From the sequence record DRR723986_4969: a stretch of 64,000 nucleotides of DNA. The stretch is one strand, 5' to 3'. The translations under genes were made by a program, and so were the position numbers. How positions within the stretch are numbered: position 1 is the first letter of the stretch; the number at the start of each line of letters is the position of its first letter. A model generated the notes under the pieces. It worked only from the letters and a program-made list of their open reading frames with translations. It searched no databases and was not told the origin of the DNA. Shown one piece after another: positions 59,464-64,000 of the stretch.

Positions 59464-61260
59464 ATGTTGCGCAAGACCAAGCGCCGGACCTGGCGCAGGC
59501 TGAAGATCGGTATCGGAGCGGCGGCGATCCTGTCGACGGTCGCACTGATGTGGCTGACCGGGCTTGCCAGCTTGCGGATCACGCTTGCGGAGGTGGAAAC
59601 CGGTGCGCGGGCCAATCTTGCGGTTCAGACAGCCGTTCTCGAAAGACTTCTCGACAAGTTCCGCCTGCTGTCGCCGCTGTTGGCACGCGGTCCGGATATC
59701 GGCCAGTTGCTGATGAGCACGGGCAGGTCTGGAGACCCTGGCATTGCCGCGATCGCTGCCGGCATGTCGGGCGCGGAAGAGATATGGCTGATGGACAGGC
59801 AAGGCAATGTCGTGGTCTCCAGCCAGGATGGTGTGCCGACGGGCTCCTTCGGCGGGGCGGAACGCATCGGACATGCCTTCGAACAGGCCCTTCAGGGCCA
59901 GCTCGGCCGGCAGCTCATCCCCGGTACGCCAGAGGCCGCATCGAATTATGTTTTCGCCTCGCCGTTGCGCCGGGGCAGCTCCATCGTTGGCGTGATTGCC
60001 GTCCGGGTCAGTCTGGAAGACGTCGAGCAAGCCTGGGCACTCAGCAAGGAACCGCTGGTCGCGCTGGATGGCAGCGGCCGGATTGTGGTCACCAACGTTC
60101 CCGCATGGCGCGGCAAGCGGATGGACGAGCTTTCTGTCGGCCGGGATATCGCCGACATGTCGGTGGCTGAGCGCATCGAGGTCCTGCTGCCGGCAACGCC
60201 GTCTCCCTATTATTACCTGCAATTGACGGAGAACTTGGCCGTTCTCGGCTGGCAGGTCAGAACGCTTGTGACGATCGAGGATGCCCGCCAGCGTTCCGGC
60301 TGGGCCATGCTGGTCGCGCTTCTGGTCTGTGTGATCGCCGCCGGAGGTATCGCCATCCTGATCGTCAGGCGGGAAGAATTCGTGCGCCAGGAACGACGCA
60401 ACCGGGCGAGCGCGCTGCGCCTGGAGCGCCGTGTGCAATCACGGACTGCGGATCTTCGCCGCACCAACGTCCTTCTGGAACAGGAAGTGCGCGAGCGCGA
60501 ACAGGCTGAAGCCGATTTGCGTCTGGCCCAGGCCGAACTCGTGCAGGCAGCCAAGCTGGCAACGCTCGGCAGGATGTCTGCAGCTCTCAGTCACGAGTAC
60601 AACCAGCCACTGGCAGCTATCCGTTCCGATGCCGAAGTGGCAGGCATGCTTATCGAGCGGGGGCGTGCGGACGAGGCCCTCGGCAATCTCTCGCGGATCG
60701 AAGGCATGGTCAGCCGCATGGCCGAAATCGCCAAGACGCTGAAAGGCTTCACGCGCAAGTCGGGCACCGACATCAAGCCGGTGTCCCTGCGCCAGGTGAT
60801 CGACGAGGCAACGTTGCTGCTGCAGCCACATATCAAGCAGAGCAAGGTGCGTCTCGATCTGGCGCTGCCGACAGAGGATATCATCGTCAAGGGCGGGCGC
60901 ATCCGCCTGGAGCAGGTGGTCATCAATCTCCTGTCCAACGCACTGGATGCTGTCAGCGGCAACGCCGCATTGCTTGCCATGCCCGAAGTGCGCCTGGAAC
61001 TGAGGCAGGAAGGCAGCGAAGCGGTTCTGACCGTCAGTGACAATGGCACAGGCATCGATGCCGATGTGCTGCCACAGATCTTCGACCCGTTTTTCACGAC
61101 CAAGGATGTCGGCGCCGGGCTCGGGCTGGGCTTGTCGATTGCCTACAAGATCGTTCATGACTTTTCCGGATCGCTGAAAGCGGCGAATCGCGACGGTGGC
61201 GGTGCGGTGTTCACCATGCGCCTGCCGGTGGCCGATGAGCATGTCCTTGCAGCGGAATGA
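59464..61260 (+). CDS. dctB: DctB-like sensor histidine kinase
   Basis: Two TM segments; KLATLGRMSAALSHEYNQPL; RLEQVVINLLSNALDA; DNGTG; FFTTK; GLGLGLSI. Confidence 0.85.
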   Translation: MLRKTKRRTWRRLKIGIGAAAILSTVALMWLTGLASLRITLAEVETGARANLAVQTAVLERLLDKFRLLSPLLARGPDIGQLLMSTGRSGDPGIAAIAAGMSGAEEIWLMDRQGNVVVSSQDGVPTGSFGGAERIGHAFEQALQGQLGRQLIPGTPEAASNYVFASPLRRGSSIVGVIAVRVSLEDVEQAWALSKEPLVALDGSGRIVVTNVPAWRGKRMDELSVGRDIADMSVAERIEVLLPATPSPYYYLQLTENLAVLGWQVRTLVTIEDARQRSGWAMLVALLVCVIAAGGIAILIVRREEFVRQERRNRASALRLERRVQSRTADLRRTNVLLEQEVREREQAEADLRLAQAELVQAAKLATLGRMSAALSHEYNQPLAAIRSDAEVAGMLIERGRADEALGNLSRIEGMVSRMAEIAKTLKGFTRKSGTDIKPVSLRQVIDEATLLLQPHIKQSKVRLDLALPTEDIIVKGGRIRLEQVVINLLSNALDAVSGNAALLAMPEVRLELRQEGSEAVLTVSDNGTGIDADVLPQIFDPFFTTKDVGAGLGLGLSIAYKIVHDFSGSLKAANRDGGGAVFTMRLPVADEHVLAAE

Positions 61261-61276
61261 AATGAGATAGGCGTTA

Positions 61277-62611
61277 ATGGATCAGGCGACCGTCCTACTG
61301 ATAGACGATGAAGCGGACCTGCGCGGCTCCTTGAGCCAGGGGCTGGAGTTGTCCGGCCAGGCGGTGTTTGCAACCGGTGAACCGGAAGAAGCCCTGGAAC
61401 GGGTCAACCGCGGGTTCTACGGCGTGCTTGTTACAGATATTCGCATGCCCGGAACGGACGGGTTCCAGGTCATGAAGCGGGCCTTCGAGATCGATCCCGC
61501 CCTGCCCGTGGTGCTGATCACCGGCCATGGCGATGTGCCACTGGCGGTCGAGGCCATGCGCGCCGGTGCCTATGATTTCATGGAAAAGCCCTTTTCCGTT
61601 TCGCGCCTTGCCTCCGTGGTGGAACGCGCGCTCGACAAGCGCCGGCTGGTGCTGGAAAACCGCAAGCTGCGCGAGGAGCTGGCAGACCGAACGGGCCTGG
61701 AAAGCCGTCTCGTGGGGCGCACCGCCGCCATGGAACTGCTTCGCCGCAATGTCACGGCCCTGGCGGCAACCGATGCCGATGTGCTGATCCTGGGGGAGAC
61801 CGGCTCCGGCAAGGAGGTGGTCGCCCGGGCACTGCATGACGAAGGACCCCGCAAGGAAAAGCCTTTCGTCGCCCTCAATTGCGGGGCGCTTCCCGCCGAA
61901 ATCATCGAATCTGAACTCTTCGGCCACGAGAAGGGCGCCTTTACCGGTGCCAGCGGACAGCGCATCGGCAAGCTGGAACATGCCCATGGGGGCACCGTGT
62001 TTTTGGACGAAATCGAATCCATGCCGCTGGAACTGCAGGTCAAGCTGCTGCGCGTGATCGAGACCCGGACAATCGAACGGCTCGGCTCCAACAAGGCGAT
62101 CGAACTGGATGTGCGCTTCATTGCGGCCACCAAGGAAGACCTTGAGGCTGCCGGCAAGGAAGGCCGGTTCCGGCTGGACCTGTTCTACCGGCTCAATGTC
62201 GTCAACGTTGCCATTCCACCGTTGCGCGACCGGCTGGAAGATATCCCTCTCTTGTTCCGGCATCTGGCGGTGGAAGCCCGGGCACGCTACCGGCGCGAGA
62301 TCCCGGACATCAACGAGGAATATCTCGCCGAGCTGATGGCGCGGGACTGGCCGGGCAACGTCCGCGAGTTGCGCAATGTCGCCGACCGTTTCGTGCTCGG
62401 TGTCGAGCTGGTCAACGCGCCCAGCAGCGGGGCCGGATCCACCTTGTTCGAACAGGTCGCGACATATGAACGGGCGTTGATCGTCGCCGAACTCAAGCGC
62501 AACGACGGTGCCATCAAGCCCACTTACGAGAACCTTGGGCTCTCGCGAAAGGCGCTCTACGAGAAGATGCGCAAATACGGTCTCGGCAAGGACGAAGCGC
62601 TTTCCGTCTGA
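61277..62611 (+). CDS. dctD: DctD-like sigma54-dependent response regulator
   Basis: Receiver DIRMPG; GETGSGKE; ESELFGHEKGAFTGA; FLDEIESM; WPGNVREL. Confidence 0.87.
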   Translation: MDQATVLLIDDEADLRGSLSQGLELSGQAVFATGEPEEALERVNRGFYGVLVTDIRMPGTDGFQVMKRAFEIDPALPVVLITGHGDVPLAVEAMRAGAYDFMEKPFSVSRLASVVERALDKRRLVLENRKLREELADRTGLESRLVGRTAAMELLRRNVTALAATDADVLILGETGSGKEVVARALHDEGPRKEKPFVALNCGALPAEIIESELFGHEKGAFTGASGQRIGKLEHAHGGTVFLDEIESMPLELQVKLLRVIETRTIERLGSNKAIELDVRFIAATKEDLEAAGKEGRFRLDLFYRLNVVNVAIPPLRDRLEDIPLLFRHLAVEARARYRREIPDINEEYLAELMARDWPGNVRELRNVADRFVLGVELVNAPSSGAGSTLFEQVATYERALIVAELKRNDGAIKPTYENLGLSRKALYEKMRKYGLGKDEALSV

Positions 62612-62688
62612 CAATGACCTGACTTCCTTGCCATCCCGGGTCGCTGGGCGGGTTGGCAAAACGAATGGCCGAAAAAAGTTCGGGCCGG

Positions 62689-62715
62689 TGTCACAAATCG
62701 CTGCACCCGGTCGTC
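62689..62715 (+). promoter_or_regulatory. ECF41 (SigJ-type) promoter TGTCACA-N16-CGTC
   Basis: TGTCACA(62689-62695)-aatcgctgcacccggt-CGTC(62712-62715), an exact consensus match upstream of the CMD gene. Confidence 0.85.
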
Positions 62716-62757
62716 AACCCTGTGTCACACCCTGAAACCTGAATGGAAGACACGCCA

Positions 62758-63189
62758 ATGACGACCTCTAATGCCATCAATCACTACGAAAATGTCCCCG
62801 ATATCGTGAAGCGTTTCGTCGCTGCCAGCGGTGAGATCGGCAAGGCAGGGCTGGAGCCGAAACTGCGGCATCTCATCGATCTGCGTGCATCGCAGATCAA
62901 CCAGTGTGCCTATTGCGTGAAGATGCACACCCAGGAAGCACTCGACGCGGGCGAGACCCAGGAGCGTTTGCAGCGCCTGACGGTCTGGCGGCACGTTGAT
63001 GACTACACGCCGGCGGAGAAGGCGGCCTTTGCCTGGACGGAAGCCTTGACCAGTCTTCAGGTCGATACGAACTATGAGGCGTTGCGCGGTGAATTGCGCC
63101 GCCACTTCGATGACGCCGAGATCAGTGCGATCACCGCCGCGGTCGCGATGATCAATCTGTGGAACCGGGTACAGGTATCGAACCACTGA
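62758..63189 (+). CDS. Carboxymuconolactone decarboxylase/AhpD family protein
   Basis: LRASQINQCAYCVKMH, INLWNR. Confidence 0.92.
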   Translation: MTTSNAINHYENVPDIVKRFVAASGEIGKAGLEPKLRHLIDLRASQINQCAYCVKMHTQEALDAGETQERLQRLTVWRHVDDYTPAEKAAFAWTEALTSLQVDTNYEALRGELRRHFDDAEISAITAAVAMINLWNRVQVSNH

Positions 63190-63190
63190 C

Positions 63191-64000
63191 ATGAGTGACG
63201 CTCCAGGCATCGATGTTTTCGAGACGGTACGCCCGAAGCTGATGGGGCTGGCCTATCGCATGCTCAGCTCCATGGCAGATGCCGAGGATGCGGTGCAGGA
63301 CACATACCTGAAGTGGCAATCCACGGACCGTGCCGGCATCCTGAATCCGGAAGCATTCCTCACCACGGTCTGCACCAATTGCTGCCTGGACACTCTCAAG
63401 GCCGCTCACAGGAAACGGGTCGACTATGTCGGCCCGTGGATCCCCGAACCGCTTCAGTTCGAAAGTGGCTCGGACCCGGAGACCGACCTGGACAGGGCAC
63501 AATCCCTGACGACGGCGTTCCTCCTGCTGCTGGAGCGCCTCAGCCCGAAGGAGCGCGCCGCCTACCTGCTGCGCGAGATCTTCGCAAAGCCGTATGACGA
63601 AGTTGCCGAAACTCTGGGGGTTACCGAACAGACCTGCCGCCAGTTGGTGTCCCGGGCAAGCAGACATGTGCAGGGTCCGACCTCCCGTTTTGTTCCTCCG
63701 GCCGATCATCAGGACCGGATCCTGTCTGCCTTTCTCACCGCTATTGAAACAGGGTCCACGGACCACCTGACGGGCCTTCTCGCCGAAACCGTACAACTCC
63801 AGTCCGATGGTGGCGGCAAGGCAACGGCCATGAGCCGGATCCTGGAAGGCGCGGACGAGGTCGCTCGCTACGCGGTTCTTATTCTTGGCCGCCTCTGGGA
63901 GCCCTGCCAGATCAAGATACTGGATCTGAACGGCACACGTGGCCTCGTCATGTTCTACGGCGATGAGATCGTGACAGCCGTGATGTTCGCCTATGACGCC
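63191..64000 (+). CDS. ECF41-group (SigJ-like) sigma factor, runs off window end
   Basis: Manual translation: RPKLMGLAYRMLSSMADAEDAVQD...YVGPWIPEP...LERLSPKERAAYLLREIF...CRQLVSRA...SDGGGK. Confidence 0.92.
   Translation, partial: MSDAPGIDVFETVRPKLMGLAYRMLSSMADAEDAVQDTYLKWQSTDRAGILNPEAFLTTVCTNCCLDTLKAAHRKRVDYVGPWIPEPLQFESGSDPETDLDRAQSLTTAFLLLLERLSPKERAAYLLREIFAKPYDEVAETLGVTEQTCRQLVSRASRHVQGPTSRFVPPADHQDRILSAFLTAIETGSTDHLTGLLAETVQLQSDGGGKATAMSRILEGADEVARYAVLILGRLWEPCQIKILDLNGTRGLVMFYGDEIVTAVMFAYDA

Noticed and set aside
1-64000. CRISPR arrays, tRNA/rRNA, transposases, prophage or defence genes
   Set aside because: No repeat-spacer arrays, RNA gene signatures or mobile-element proteins were recognised.

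Overview
A GC-rich alphaproteobacterial chromosomal window. Gene content and order suggest Hyphomicrobiales, probably Roseibium/Labrenzia-like; this is inferred, not verified. A housekeeping backbone (glnD partial, smr-mltA-tim44/fxsA, polA, comM/yifB, hisC, cysK, dut, coaBC, lpoA-like, rsmI-yraN-gshB, hppD, modBC, dctBD) is interspersed with small accessory modules. The most notable is a translationally coupled gene pair at 20734-25274. The first gene fuses a catalase-related haem domain, through a transmembrane helix, to a di-haem c (RoxA/MauG-like) domain. The second is a membrane-anchored cyclooxygenase-like haem dioxygenase that keeps the catalytic Tyr/His motif. Together they look like a candidate membrane-bound oxylipin (fatty-acid hydroperoxide) pathway. 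Other modules are an orphan EgtD-like methyltransferase with MFS and LysR, a GAFTGA-less AcoR-like regulator with a type II FMO, a P450 with a non-canonical I-helix plus ferredoxin and TRAP binding protein, a citrate synthase/HTH-citrate synthase divergon, and an ECF41 sigma/CMD pair. Non-coding signals read from the DNA include a LexA box, a SoxR box, an ECF41 promoter, a uORF/hairpin leader before an rsgA-family gene, a candidate sRNA, and two MITE/REP-like elements. No rRNA, tRNA, CRISPR array or transposase was seen.
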